Shown here piece after piece: positions 36,829 to 54,000 of a DNA stretch of 64,000 nt. The position numbers and the translations under genes were made by a program. Position 1 is the stretch's first letter, and every line of letters begins with the position of its first letter. The DNA comes from the human T2T-CHM13v2.0 reference genome, Homo sapiens. The notes below the pieces were generated by a model. That model was not told where the DNA came from, did no database searches, and saw only the letters and a program-made list of their open reading frames with translations. The stretch lies in the NCBI RefSeq assembly GCF_009914755.1, contig NC_060943.1; one strand, given 5' to 3'.

Positions 36829-37188
36829 GGCTGCAGTAGGAAAAGAGAAAGGATCATAGAAGGCTGATCCACCGCCTCTGCTGGAGACTGTCCTGGGCAG
36901 AAGGGCCCACTCTCATGACAAGGGCCACCTGGGACCATGAAGGCTGAGGTGGGGAAAGAAGTCGGGCAGATTGGGCCAGGGGGTATGGATCCAAGGACCA
37001 GTGTGTGTGTATAGGGGAGGCTGGCTGTCCAGCGGGTCTGGAGGTGGGTTGGGGAGGGCAGAAGCCAGGGACGGGGTGGAGAGTTGGCTGTCTTGTGGGT
37101 CTAGGGGTAGGATGAGGAGGCCTACAGTCAGGGGCAAGAGTAGGGGACCTGCTGTCCCACTTCCAAAGGGGACCCCAGCCCTTCTCAC

Positions 37189-37206
37189 CTGCAGGTCCCT
37201 GGAGCT
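37189..37206 (-). other. FCGBP: Putative non-coding first micro-exon of FCGBP (5' end approximate)
   Basis: Lies ~30 nt downstream of TATATA (37231-37236) and ends in a consensus donor CAG|gtgaga. A pyrimidine tract plus CAG acceptor lies 2 nt before the ATG (intron 36831-37188). Confidence 0.6.
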
Positions 37207-37224
37207 GCAGGGCCAGCCCTGTGG

Positions 37225-37300
37225 CAGGGCTATATAGTGGAGTTTCTGGGCCACACCCTGGGCCACGTGCCAGGCAGATGATGCCAACTTCCTGGAGGAG
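37225..37300 (-). promoter_or_regulatory. Putative FCGBP core promoter: TATA, CACCC (KLF) box, CACGTG, ETS site
   Basis: TATATA 37231-37236, CCACACCC 37251-37258, GCCACGTG 37262-37269, ACTTCCTG 37287-37294. Motif evidence only. Confidence 0.6.
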
Positions 37301-37634
37301 GCTGCCATCCTCATGGCCAGATGAAATGGGAAACTGTGAAGGCCTGGGAAGGAGGGACAGTGATTCTGGATGCCTGGGTTCCAAGAAGGGAGTGAGGACA
37401 GCTGGTGGCCATTCCCTGGAAGCCTTCTGGAGAGTTTGGTCCTGGAAGGGTGGGGTCCCTGAGGGAGACAGCTGGGGAGCAGGCAGATGAGCACCTGGGT
37501 CCCTGGGTGGAGGTGGGGTAGGGTGGGGGTGTGGGCAGTGAGGGTGGGAGGTGGCATGTGGTCATATTTGCTGGCTTAGTGGCTAGGTTCCTTCCTTTGG
37601 CTCCTGCCAGGAACAACAGTGAGGGACCCATATC

Positions 37635-38111
37635 CGGGTCCTGGTTCCTTCTCAGTCCCCACAGGCTGGGGAGTCCCTAGCCACCCACATCCTGCTTCCA
37701 GACACCACTAGGGGCAGGTGTCTGGGATGGGCAGGAGTCTGAGGCTATGGAGTGGGACACAAGACCTCCACCGCAGCCCAGTGGGGCGTCTGCGGTTTCT
37801 CATCTGCAAAATGGGAACACCAAAACCAGCCTCTCTGGGCATCTTTACGTCCCAGAGATGTAAAAAAATTCTCAAGGACTGTAGAGCTGGGGGGCAGCCT
37901 CCTCTGGTGTGGGCGCAGGCCAGGCTGCAGGTGGGCACTGGGACTGAGGCGGTGTGTGAAGAAGGGACAATGGCCTCTGTTTCCTGGTTCCACACAGACA
38001 CCCAGATTCTACTTCTGATCCCAGACACCTGCTCCTCAGTGGTGCTGGAAACAGGATATAGGTGGCCAGGGACTCCCCAGCCTGTGAGGACTGAGGAAGA
38101 GCCAGGACCTG
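37635..38111. repeat. Inverted repeat, ~94-bp arms (37635-37728 / 38018-38111), ~87% identical
   Basis: Manual reverse-complement alignment: about 10 substitutions and 2 single-base indels. Confidence 0.85.
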
Positions 38112-38339
38112 TTGGTTTTGGAGTTTTTTTGTGTGTAGGGAGGGTTTGCTCTTAGCAGGGGCTAGCTGAACAGGTTTAGGGGACTCTGTGCCTCTCCATC
38201 ACCCCAGAATTTGCCTGAGATGGGAGGTGGAGGTCTAGGTTGCACACAAGGAGCAGAAGAATGAGCTGAAAGTTGGGCTTTCTCAGCTGGAGTCAGCTCC
38301 TCTGAGGGGCTGGCCTGACCCATGCCCTGCCTGCCTTCT

Positions 38340-38700
38340 CCCTGACTCAGGATCTCATTGTTTGCTGGGGGAGTCTCCCCTGGGACCAGCAGCTGCAAAG
38401 CCTGGGTGCTCTCTTGGACCAACACCCTAGCAGCTGCTGCCCCTGGGGCTCCTCCTCTCTTATCACAGCAGCCTGGGCCTCTGGGAGGCCAGAGCGGGTG
38501 GGGGGCTTCTCTCTCCCTGGAGCTCCAACCAATCCCCACGCCCACCCAAGAAACGTTCCTGGAGGGAAAGATAAAGGCTAAGAGTTGACTGGGACATAAA
38601 GTCAACCAGGAGAATGAGGTGAGTAAATAGGAGACTGGCTAAAAGCCAGAGATAACAAGAAACAAGCAGGGGCAGGGGACCCACAGGAAGTGGAAGCTTT
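38340..38700. promoter_or_regulatory. Candidate enhancer motif cluster (AP-1, FOXA, NF-kB-like, GATA, ETS)
   Basis: TGACTCA 38343-38349, TGTTTGCT 38359-38366, GGGGAGTCTCCCC 38368-38380, AGATAA ~38569 and ~38649, ACAGGAAGTG ~38683. Confidence 0.35.
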
Positions 38701-40119
38701 GGGAAAAGGATGCCTGGGTCCCTGAGGGGTCTAAAAGTTGGTGGAAGGGGCTGCTGGGTCCCTGAGACAGAGAAGGACTCGGAGGAGGAGACGTCGGGAT
38801 TCCTAGGAGGAAACAGCAATTGCAAACCAAGATGTGAAAATTCTCTGTCTGAGGCCAGGCGCAGTGGCTCAGCTTATAATTCCAGCATTTTGGGAGGCTG
38901 AGGCAGGAGGATTGCTTAAGGCCATGAGTTTGAGACCAGCCTGGTTCAAGACCAACATAGTGAGACCCTGTATCTACAAAAAAATACAAAAATTAGCCAG
39001 GCACGGTGGTGCACGCTTGTAGTCCCAGCTACTTGGGAGGCTGAGGCAGGAGGATCACTTGAGGCCACAAGGTCAAGACCAGCCTGGGCAACATAGTGAG
39101 ACCCTTTCTCTACAAAAAATATAAAAATAAACCGAGTGTGGTGGCATGCACCTGTAGTCTCCACCATTCAGGAGGCTAAGGTGGGAGGATTGCTTGATCC
39201 TAGGAGTCTGAGGCTGCAGCGAGCCGTGATCATGCCACTGCATTCTGGCCTGGGGAGAAAAAGAAAAAAGAAAATAAAATCCTCTGTGTGCCATATGCCT
39301 CTTGTAATTAGAGGCACTCAGAGACAAATGGGAGGTGAAGGGAAAGAATCAGGGTGAGTTTCATGGGTGTTTCTGGCCCTCAATTCTCTCTAAGCCTTGG
39401 GGTTTCCCCTGGTTGATCACAGAAAGAAGCTTCCTGCCTTCAAAATTCATCATCGCTCTCCACAGCCAGAGTCCCCAGAAATGGGGTGGTTGTGGTGGGA
39501 GATCTCACAAATTAATACTCTGTATGTGCCAATCCCCTTGGGTCTTCTTTCTCACTCCTTTTAAGGCCCAAGTGGTGTGTGTGTGGGTGTGTGTGTGGGT
39601 GTGTGTGTGTGTGTGTGTGTATGTGTGTGTGTACACCCCTGTGCTTTACCCTGTATTATATCAATTCTCAGGAAACCCTTTGGTGACCCGGGAAATAAAC
39701 TCTGGGGACACTTCCTTATGGTCAGAGAAATCGCATCCATCCCTCCACTGGCAGCCTTGCTCTGAGCCCAAACAAGGGTATTTGTGTACCTGAGCCTTTC
39801 GGCCTCTTCCTGCTTATCTGCTTCCGTCTCCTTGCAGCATGGGCACTGGCTATACCATCCCAGACCCCTGGGCCCCTCTGACTAGTCTTGGCTTTATAGA
39901 CTGGAGCACAGTGGAAGAGAATTTACTCTCTCCAGCTAAATTCAGGCTTGCGGGCAATTTCTAACTTAATTCCTTTACGCTCTGGATCCCACAATCCGAC
40001 TTCCATAAGCACTGAACGTTTTGTTAAACTCTCCAATGACCCATTATTTGCCACTTGCCTCTAGTTCCTTCCCTCTAACATTTGACATTCACACTTCCTC
40101 TCTGCCTATAATAATTGAA

Positions 40120-43780
<3,661 letters not shown>

Positions 43781-43784
43781 GAGA

Positions 43785-44810
43785 TGTTACCATCATCCTG
43801 GCTTGTTGTAGTCTCCTAAGATAGAAATCAAGTGAGATTACCAGACACAGTATTAAAGAGAAAAAAAAAAAAAAGTTTGTTTCCGTTTGTGCAGAAGGGA
43901 GGTCAGCACCGTGAAAGGAAAAGGGTAGGCTGCTCCCCACAGGGAGCAAGTCGATCTGTCTTGTAGGGGTCCAGATGCCATGATGTGCCTGTCATCATGT
44001 GTTAACAAGGGATTTCTTGGCGCCTGCACAATGGTTCAACATGGTTTTTCATACATTGCATGTAATATTGGCATTTTAAATCTCTACCTCTGAGCATGAT
44101 TTTTAGCATTGAAATAAGGAAATTATCACTGTAAGTTGAAACCTAAGCTGTTCCTGTGGCTTCCTGGGGAAGTCCCTAAGCCCCTAAAGCAGGAACTTGT
44201 GGTTAATAGCTTCTTGGGCCTCTGATGCTGACTGGCTGGAGGTTAGGTATAGAACAGGAATTAAAAGAAATAAAGAATGTGTAAGCAAAACTTAGTTGTA
44301 TGTAAGAAAACCCAATTCCCCCTGAGGAAGAGAAAGAGCTGGAGTCCTTTAAAATTAACTGCCTGTTTTTCTATGGCTAGTGAGCCTTATCTCTCCCTTT
44401 CCCAGGCATTGTGAAGACTCTGTTTCTCTAGCTGTGCAGCTGTAAGATCACTAGACAGATAATCTCAAGTCGTAAAACATGCTGTTCCTTGAAAAAAAAA
44501 TGATATAATGCATGTCTCAATTGAATGACTGTCTTTGTTTCTCACTTCTGTGATATGCTTCCCCCTGCACAGATCTCCCCCAGCCCCACGAAATGCTTAA
44601 AAGGTAGCTTGACTCTTTGTTCAGGGCTCAGTCCTTTGGATGTTAATCTGACTGGGTCGGTGCACCTGAATAATTAAATAATTCCTCCTCAACCCCACGG
44701 TCTCTCTGATTCCTTAATTATCCTGCTGCAGACAAGCTACAGCTTGAGTAAGGGGCTTTTGTTCTTTTTCACTAAACCACCTCAAAATAGGAAGCCAGCC
44801 AGCTGTCTCA
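43785..44810 (-). mobile_element. 3' LTR of the provirus, interrupted by a nested solo LTR
   Basis: TG...CA ends; homology with 55156-55973 resumes on both sides of 44250-44730. Confidence 0.88.
44250..44730 (+). mobile_element. Nested ERV1 solo LTR (LTR15-like; subfamily from memory)
   Basis: 481 bp absent from the sister LTR; ends in CA; contains ggctcagtcctttggatgttaatc...gtgcacct. Confidence 0.7.
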
Positions 44811-44844
44811 CTCCCAGCCAAGAGATTTCATTCTCCTTATTCTT

Positions 44845-45955
44845 TTTTTTTTTTTTTTTTTTTTTAGACCAGGAGAAATAACTTTATTTGAATAGGACCC
44901 GAGACAGCATATTGGGCTAAGGAGGAGAGGTAAGGTTCCAAAACCGCAGTCAAAGCTCATCAACCAAATGGACTCTACTTCCCAGCAACCTTGCAGTTAG
45001 TGCAACCAACAAAAGGCCTGCTGGGGAATGTATTTGCCACTAAATCCCCCAAGTATGCCAACATTACAAAAAAGATAGAGGTTTTTCATCATAATTGAAT
45101 TTCCACAAACCTCCCCAATCACAAGTATTATAAGTGGAAGTAAAAAATCACATTTTACAGATCTCAAACTTGTCTTCAACATTTAGTTCATCATCTTCAA
45201 AAAATAGCTCCCCTGCCTAATTCATTAGCTATATGATCTCTCCAAGCAGCAACAAGATGGCCAGGCCATGGCAATCCTCTTCCTATTTCCCCTAGCCACT
45301 CAGGGCTCAACAGCAGGGTGAGGCTCAGGTGGAGGTAGGGGGTGGGGAGCACAAGGGCTACATTCCCCCAGTACAACGTGGCATCTGAAGCTTGATGGGA
45401 GAGCAGAACTGGTGGGACTTGAGGGAAGGGTCCAGGGCCTGTATTCAGTCAGAATCACTGCTGGAAGAGGAGGAGGAAGAGGAGGAATGCTTGTCATGCT
45501 TGTGGTACTTGTGGTGCTTTTGGTGCTTGTGCATCTTTTTATGAGCTTTCTTCATTTTCTTCTGCATCTTCTTGTCCACTATCACTGCTGGTCCAACCAT
45601 GCCAGGAGCCAAGGGATTCACAGGAGGGATTCCAGGGGCAGGCGGTGGGTATGGAGGAGGGTAGGGACCCAACGGTTGGCATCCTGGATACCCTGGCTGT
45701 GGCACAGGATGAGGGGGCCCACCTGGGGGGAAAGCTGGATTGCCATGGGGAGCTCCTGGGGGAGGAGGACAGGGGCCTGGGGGAAAGGGTGGATTAATAG
45801 GTGGTGGGTGGGCAGGATTGGAACCTCCAGGGCACCCAATATTGGGGGGATATGGATTTGGCCCTGGCTGCCCGGCATTGGGATTCCACATGTTTAGGTG
45901 TGTCCTCCAGCCTTTCCACCGCCGCCTGGGCTTGCTGCGTTCTCCTTCGCAGTCC
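44845..45955 (-). pseudogene. PRR13P5: PRR13 processed retrocopy (probably the annotated PRR13P5) with 5'UTR, intact CDS, 3'UTR and poly(A)
   Basis: Intronless; AATAAA at 44883-44888; poly(A) 44845-44866; 17-bp TSD TCATTCTCCTTATTCTT at 44828-44844 and 45956-45972; TT/AAGA L1-endonuclease-type site. Confidence 0.92.
45445..45891 (-). CDS. Intact 148-aa PRR13-like ORF (MWNPNAGQPGP...[19 protein letters not shown]); expression unknown
   Basis: 447 nt from ATG to TGA with no frameshift or premature stop; Pro-rich, then Lys/His-rich, then poly-Ser. Confidence 0.55.
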   Translation of the reverse strand: MWNPNAGQPGPNPYPPNIGCPGGSNPAHPPPINPPFPPGPCPPPPGAPHGNPAFPPGGPPHPVPQPGYPGCQPLGPYPPPYPPPAPGIPPVNPLAPGMVGPAVIVDKKMQKKMKKAHKKMHKHQKHHKYHKHDKHSSSSSSSSSSDSD

Positions 45956-45972
45956 TCATTCTCCTTATTCTT

Positions 45973-46830
45973 AAGGAGCAAAGGTCTCTTCTGGAACTAC
46001 TTCCTGCTAAGCATGGACATAGTCTCTACATCTATTTCCAGGAGGAGTAGAAATTTCTTATGGCTTGCTGAAGGGGCTGATACGGCTCTGGGCTAGTGGT
46101 CTCTGAAACAGGCTGGAAGCCTGGCAAGACCATTTACTTGGCATGAAAGCATTACAGTCTGAAAGACGTGAATTTTACCAGCAGGTTAAACAAGCATGGT
46201 TTAAAAATTAAAAATTTAAAGATTAAAAACTTTAAATATTAAAAGAAGAAAGATAGCCAATAAGGGCTTAAGAAAGGGAGGAACCAAGTTACAAGCCTTA
46301 CAAGGGTAAGGTTCATCTGACAGCATTGTACACTAAGTTGACTTCCTTTATCAAAAGAGTGTAACCAATTTCCTGATTGTAAATTGCCTGGGTGTTAACC
46401 TCTACTCGCCCAGTAGTATTTATCCAAGTGCAGCAGGAGGTATGGTGACTGTACAAACATCTTCCTGTTCAGCTAATAAGTAACCTAGAAGTCTTGCACA
46501 ATGATTAACTTGACATGAAACTATTGTAGTCTGAAAGACACAAATTTTACCAGCAGGTTAAAGAAGCATGGTTTAAAGATTAAAAGAAGAAAGATAGCTA
46601 ATAAGGGCTTAAGAAAGGAAGGAACCAAGTTATGGAGGGTAAGGCCCAAGTTATGGAGGGTAAGGCCTAGCAGTTGTCCAACACCACATTAGCAAGAGAA
46701 TTGAGGGAGGTTTTTAGCCTTTCCAGGGCCTGCCTCACCTGGTCCACTATATGCCTAGGGCTATTGTGACTCCAGGTACCCTGCACCCAGACTAAAAGGA
46801 AGAGGTTACAGTGAGATAGAAGGTACAGTG
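45973..46830 (-). pseudogene. ERV env TM remnant (immunosuppressive domain and CX6CC-type motif)
   Basis: SLNSLANVVLDN (~46670-46710) and YLLAEQ...VC...SCCTWINTTGRVE (~46400-46487). Confidence 0.8.
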
Positions 46831-46900
46831 GCTGGGCGCGGCGGCTCACGCCTGTAATCCCAGCACTTTGGGAGGCCGAGGCGGGTGGATCACAAGGTCA

Positions 46901-47104
<204 letters not shown>

Positions 47105-47649
47105 TTAAAAAAAAAAAAAAGGAAGAGGGTACAGTGGGAGCATGATTCATGCCAGGCCCTCACCATGTCTTGAGTATGACCTGTGCACCTAATAGGGAAA
47201 TGATCCCAAACTATCTTACCCAGCTGGGGTAATATTTTATTATTATATTGTCTGCTAAATTTTCCCCAAGTTGATAATGTATTTTAAAGCCTGATTTAAG
47301 TCTTCATCTATTAGAAAGTTTGTCTTGAGAAAGGACTGCTCCAATAGGTCATTTTAAAAGGGCTGAGCTTTAAGTTCCCCTTTGGGGTGGATCTTATTCT
47401 TAGTAAGGCAATAGGGAGGCACTTAATCCATGATTTCTGGGCTTCTTGGCATAGTGTAGCCAAGGTTCTTTTTAAGGGTTTGATTCATTCTCTCAACTTT
47501 CCCAGAAGATTGAGGATGCCAGGCAGAGTGAAGTTTGTATTGGATGCTAAGACTGCTAGACAGCCCTTTGGTGACCTAGGTGATAAAAGACAGCCTGTTG
47601 TCACTTTGTAGGGAGGCTGGAAGCCCAAACCTAGGAATTCCTTGTTTAA

Positions 47650-49962
<2,313 letters not shown>

Positions 49963-50068
49963 GCTGCCCGTTTGGCAGCTCTATCAGCCTGGTTGTTTCC
50001 TTGGCTGATTAAAGAATTGTCTTTTTGATGCCCTTTATAGGACATAACAGCTATTTGGGCAGGGAGCT

Positions 50069-50426
50069 TAATATGGTTTGGCTCTGTGTCCCCACCCAAA
50101 TCTCATCTCGAATTGTAATCCCCTCATGTCAAGGGAAGTACTTGGTGGGAGGTGACTGGATCACGGGGGCAGTTTCCCCAATGCTGTTTTCACAATAGTA
50201 CGTGAGTTCTCATGAGATCTGATAGCTTAAAAGTGTGTGGCTTCCTTCACTCACTCTCCTGCTGCCATGCAAGATGTGCCTTGCTTCCCCTTCACCTTCC
50301 GCCATGATTGTAAGTTTCCTGAAGCCTCCCAGCCATGCAGAACTGTGAGTCAATTAAACTTTCTTTGTTTATAAATTACCCAGTCTCAGGTATGTGTTTA
50401 TAGCAGTGTAAGAACAGACTAACATA
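50069..50426 (+). mobile_element. MaLR solo LTR (THE1D/MSTA-like) inserted in the ERV RNase H region
   Basis: taatatggtttggctctgtgtccccacccaaatctcatc...agaacagactaacata; near-match 5-bp TSD gagct/gagat. Confidence 0.88.
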
Positions 50427-50688
50427 GAGATGAACTGCCTCAAGGAGGAATAAAATCGCTTCATTGGGTTTTGTCGGGGTGCTCCTGGCAGTTAGCATTC
50501 TCCTCTTTCCAGACAGCTGCATGAGTATGGAGCATTAGGAATCCATACTTAGAATCAGTATATATATTAAGTCTCTTCCCTTCTTCAAGCTGAAGAGCCC
50601 TTAACTAAGGCTTGGAGCTCTGCTTCCTGAGCTGAAGTGCTTAGGGGAAGTTATTTTGCCTCTCTGGTCCAGCGTAGGCTGACAATAG

Positions 50689-50924
<236 letters not shown>

Positions 50925-52399
50925 TAAAATACAAAAAATTAGCTGGGTGTGGTGGCGTGCCACCATGCCTGGCCTGCAGGCTCTATTTTCTACAAAACAA
51001 CCCCCATCTGTAAACCATTCTTCATCTGGATTCTCTCAAGGGGTCTCCCGTAAATCTATCCAACTAGAATAGATCTGCTCCAAAGTTTCCACATAGGTGT
51101 GTTCCAGTGTCCCCAAGGTGGGCAAGGGAAGGAGGGTGGCAGCATTCAAGGACTCATATATCTTTAAGGTCAAGTCTGGGGTGTCTAACAGTGGGGCTTG
51201 ATTTTGAGTTAACCTTCCCCGAGTTAGCCAGTGGCTCCCTTTGATTTCCAACACATTCTGGACCTGGTAAGGAGTATAAACTTCAAGGGATTGGCCTAGC
51301 ATGAGTTTGGAGATATCCCTGACCAGGAGGCTGGTGGCTGCCACTGCCCTAAGACAGCCAGGCCACACCTGGGCTACTGGGTCCAGTTGATTTAAAAAAT
51401 AAGTCACTGGCCTTTGGACAGGCCCTAGCTTCTGAATTAGGACTTCCAGGGCTTTGCCCAGAGAGGTGGAGGCTATCTGGAAACCCCGGGGGTAGCACTG
51501 TCCAAGTACAGTGGGGAGCTTCCTGAGTCTCTGGATCCTTCCATTCAAAGGCAAAAATGTAGGTGGAGTCAGGATGCAGCATATATTAAAGAAAACATCC
51601 TTTAGATCCAGTACAGTGTAAAACTGTGTGCACCCAGGGATTTGAGAGTGGAGTGTGTATGAATTAGGGACTGAAGGATGTGTGGGAACAACTGAGTCAT
51701 TCACTACTCTAAAGTGTGGAAGAAACTGGTATTCTACATTTGGTTTCTTCACAGGCAGGACTGGAGTATTACAAGGGGACTGCAGGGCTGAATTAGTCTG
51801 TTCTGTATCAATGTTTCCAGGAGGGGCCATATCCCTTGTAGGGCTTCTGGCCTCAAATGGTATTTTGGCTTGCGTGGGTAGGGTAGGCCTGGCTTAAGCT
51901 TTATTTTAATATTCTCCTCATTGATGACCTGTCCTGAAATGTTGGTATCCCATACAGACTTTTCCACTCAAATCAATATCTTTTCTAGGACTGGGGGTAG
52001 CTTCTGATCTTGGGGAACCAAAAGGGCCAGTAAATGGATTCCTTTCTCAGGAGGCACTGAGACTTGTATGGCATTCCCCTGGAGGGAAACTGAGGCTCCC
52101 AACTTAGATAATAAGTCATGAACCATTAAAGGAAGGGGACACTCAGGGACATATAGGAAGGAATGAGTGATAGCCTTAGATCCAATTTTACAAGTCAAAG
52201 GAAAGGTAAACTGTCTTACCTTGGGTTGTCCATCTGTTCCCGTCACTGTACAACTGGCGCTGAACAGAGATCCATCAGGATGGGTCAGGACAGAGTAGGG
52301 GGCTCTGGTATCCATAAGGAATTCAGTTTCCTACCTGCCATATTGAGGGTGACCCAAGGCTCCACAGTGGTGATGGTGATGGAACTCTTCAGGACTGGA

Positions 52400-54000
52400 G
52401 GCAGATAAGCATTTGAGAACACCTCATTCAGAGGGGGTAGCCTTTTTATTTGAGAGGCCAGCAACAAGAGGAGTGGGCTGGGGAGGTCTACTCCATCCTG
52501 GCTTCCCAGAAAAGAATGGACAGTCCTTTCTCCAGTGCCTCTTCTTACAGTAAGCACACTGGTTGCACCCCATTTCCATGGACATTGGGTGGGGTTTAAT
52601 CCCCACCCCCCCGCATTCAGGTTTCTCTGTTACCTAAGGTCACCTCAAGGTGGGCCTATGATTATAGCAGCCAAAATGTGTGTCTTCCTTTTTATTCTCT
52701 CATTTTTCTACACCTTCTCTGCCTGGTCCCAGTTGTTAAAAATGTTGAAGACCTCTGCTACCAACGTTGCTTGAAGGGTCTAAGGGTCAGCTTTCAGCTT
52801 TTGAAGGTTTTCCCAAATGTCTGGCACAGCGTGGGTTATAAAATGCATGGCCAGAAGTGTTAGGCCTTCATTGGTCCTTGGGTCTATGTTACTATACTTT
52901 CTAAAAGCCTCAGAGAGCCTATTAAGGTACCCAGCTGGATTTTCATCCACTTCCTGAGCAATTATTTTACTTTATTATACTTTACTGGTTTTGTCTGACA
53001 CCCTCTGATATGCAATTAAGGAAGTGATTGATCCTTAACCAGTCCCTGTCATCCGTATAAACCCATTGCGGGTTCTGCTCTGGGACTGCCTCACCAGATA
53101 CCCAGTAAATGACATGGCCAGGATTATATCTGGCCATCTCCTCTGCATATTTCTTACCCTTTCCAAGATTCGAGTTTTTTCACCAGGAGTACAACAACGA
53201 GTTAGGACTACAAGAACATCTTGTCAAGTCAAAGGAAAGGTTAGACTAAACTTAATAAATTCATCACTAAACCTATCTGGATTGTTCAAGAACCGGCCAA
53301 ACCAATCCTTGCCTTGATTTATGTCTGACATTGGTAAGGGTCCATGTACCTGAGTTGCCCCTCTAGTTCCATCCGTTACCTCCCAGGGGGAAAGCAGCCC
53401 TGGTATGGTGGGGAAGTGAAGGAGGGTGCTGACTTGGAGCCCAGTTGGAGCCACACTGGGGACAGCACTGAGGGTTGTTGAGGAGTAGAAGGGGAAAGCC
53501 TTCCTGACCCAGCATGGTATGGAGGAGGCTCCAGACAGAAGGAGAAAGGATCCACAGTAGCAGAGAGGCCTGCTTCCCACCCTGCCCTTAGAAAGGTAGT
53601 GAGAGAATTGAGCCCTAGGGGTTAAAATCTGAGACAGGACTTGGCTCATCTCTCAGCTGTTGCTTGAGAGGTACCATATAAACCTGGCAGGAGTCCTAGA
53701 GTTTGAGATCCAGATATAATTTCCTGAAGGCCTGCATGTATGGAATCTCAAGCTATTTATTAGAATTTTTTACAGTATATATCCAATTGGAAAATGATGT
53801 TGTAACTGAAGGACCCCATTCTCAGGTCATTTCTCTTGGTACCCCAGGGGATACTGAGGCCAAGCAACATCACAGAGAAACACGAGCTTCTTTTTCTTTG
53901 TAATATCTCATTTAAACTGATCCCAATTACAGAGGATGCATCCAAGGGGGGGAATCTTTTGGGACGTCTGTAGTGTTTCCCATGGTAGAGCTGGTGTCCT
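52400..54000 (-). pseudogene. ERV gag remnant (MA/CA/NC with CCHC knuckle NQCAYCKKRHWRKDCP)
   Basis: ORF fragments 52424..52606, 53224..53649 and 53760..54122. Confidence 0.8.

Noticed and set aside
36345-37557. 150-214-aa ORFs around the FCGBP promoter
   Set aside because: Low-complexity GC-rich frames with no domain or splice support.
37701-37718. CTCF-like CACCACTAGGGGCAG in the inverted-repeat arm
   Set aside because: One G short of the core spacing, and not preserved in the other arm.
45892-46100. Possible env-PRR13 fusion protein or N-terminal extension (ORF track start 45981)
   Set aside because: The track start is a TTG, and an in-frame TAG at 45997-45999 closes the frame; the real start is the ATG at 45891.
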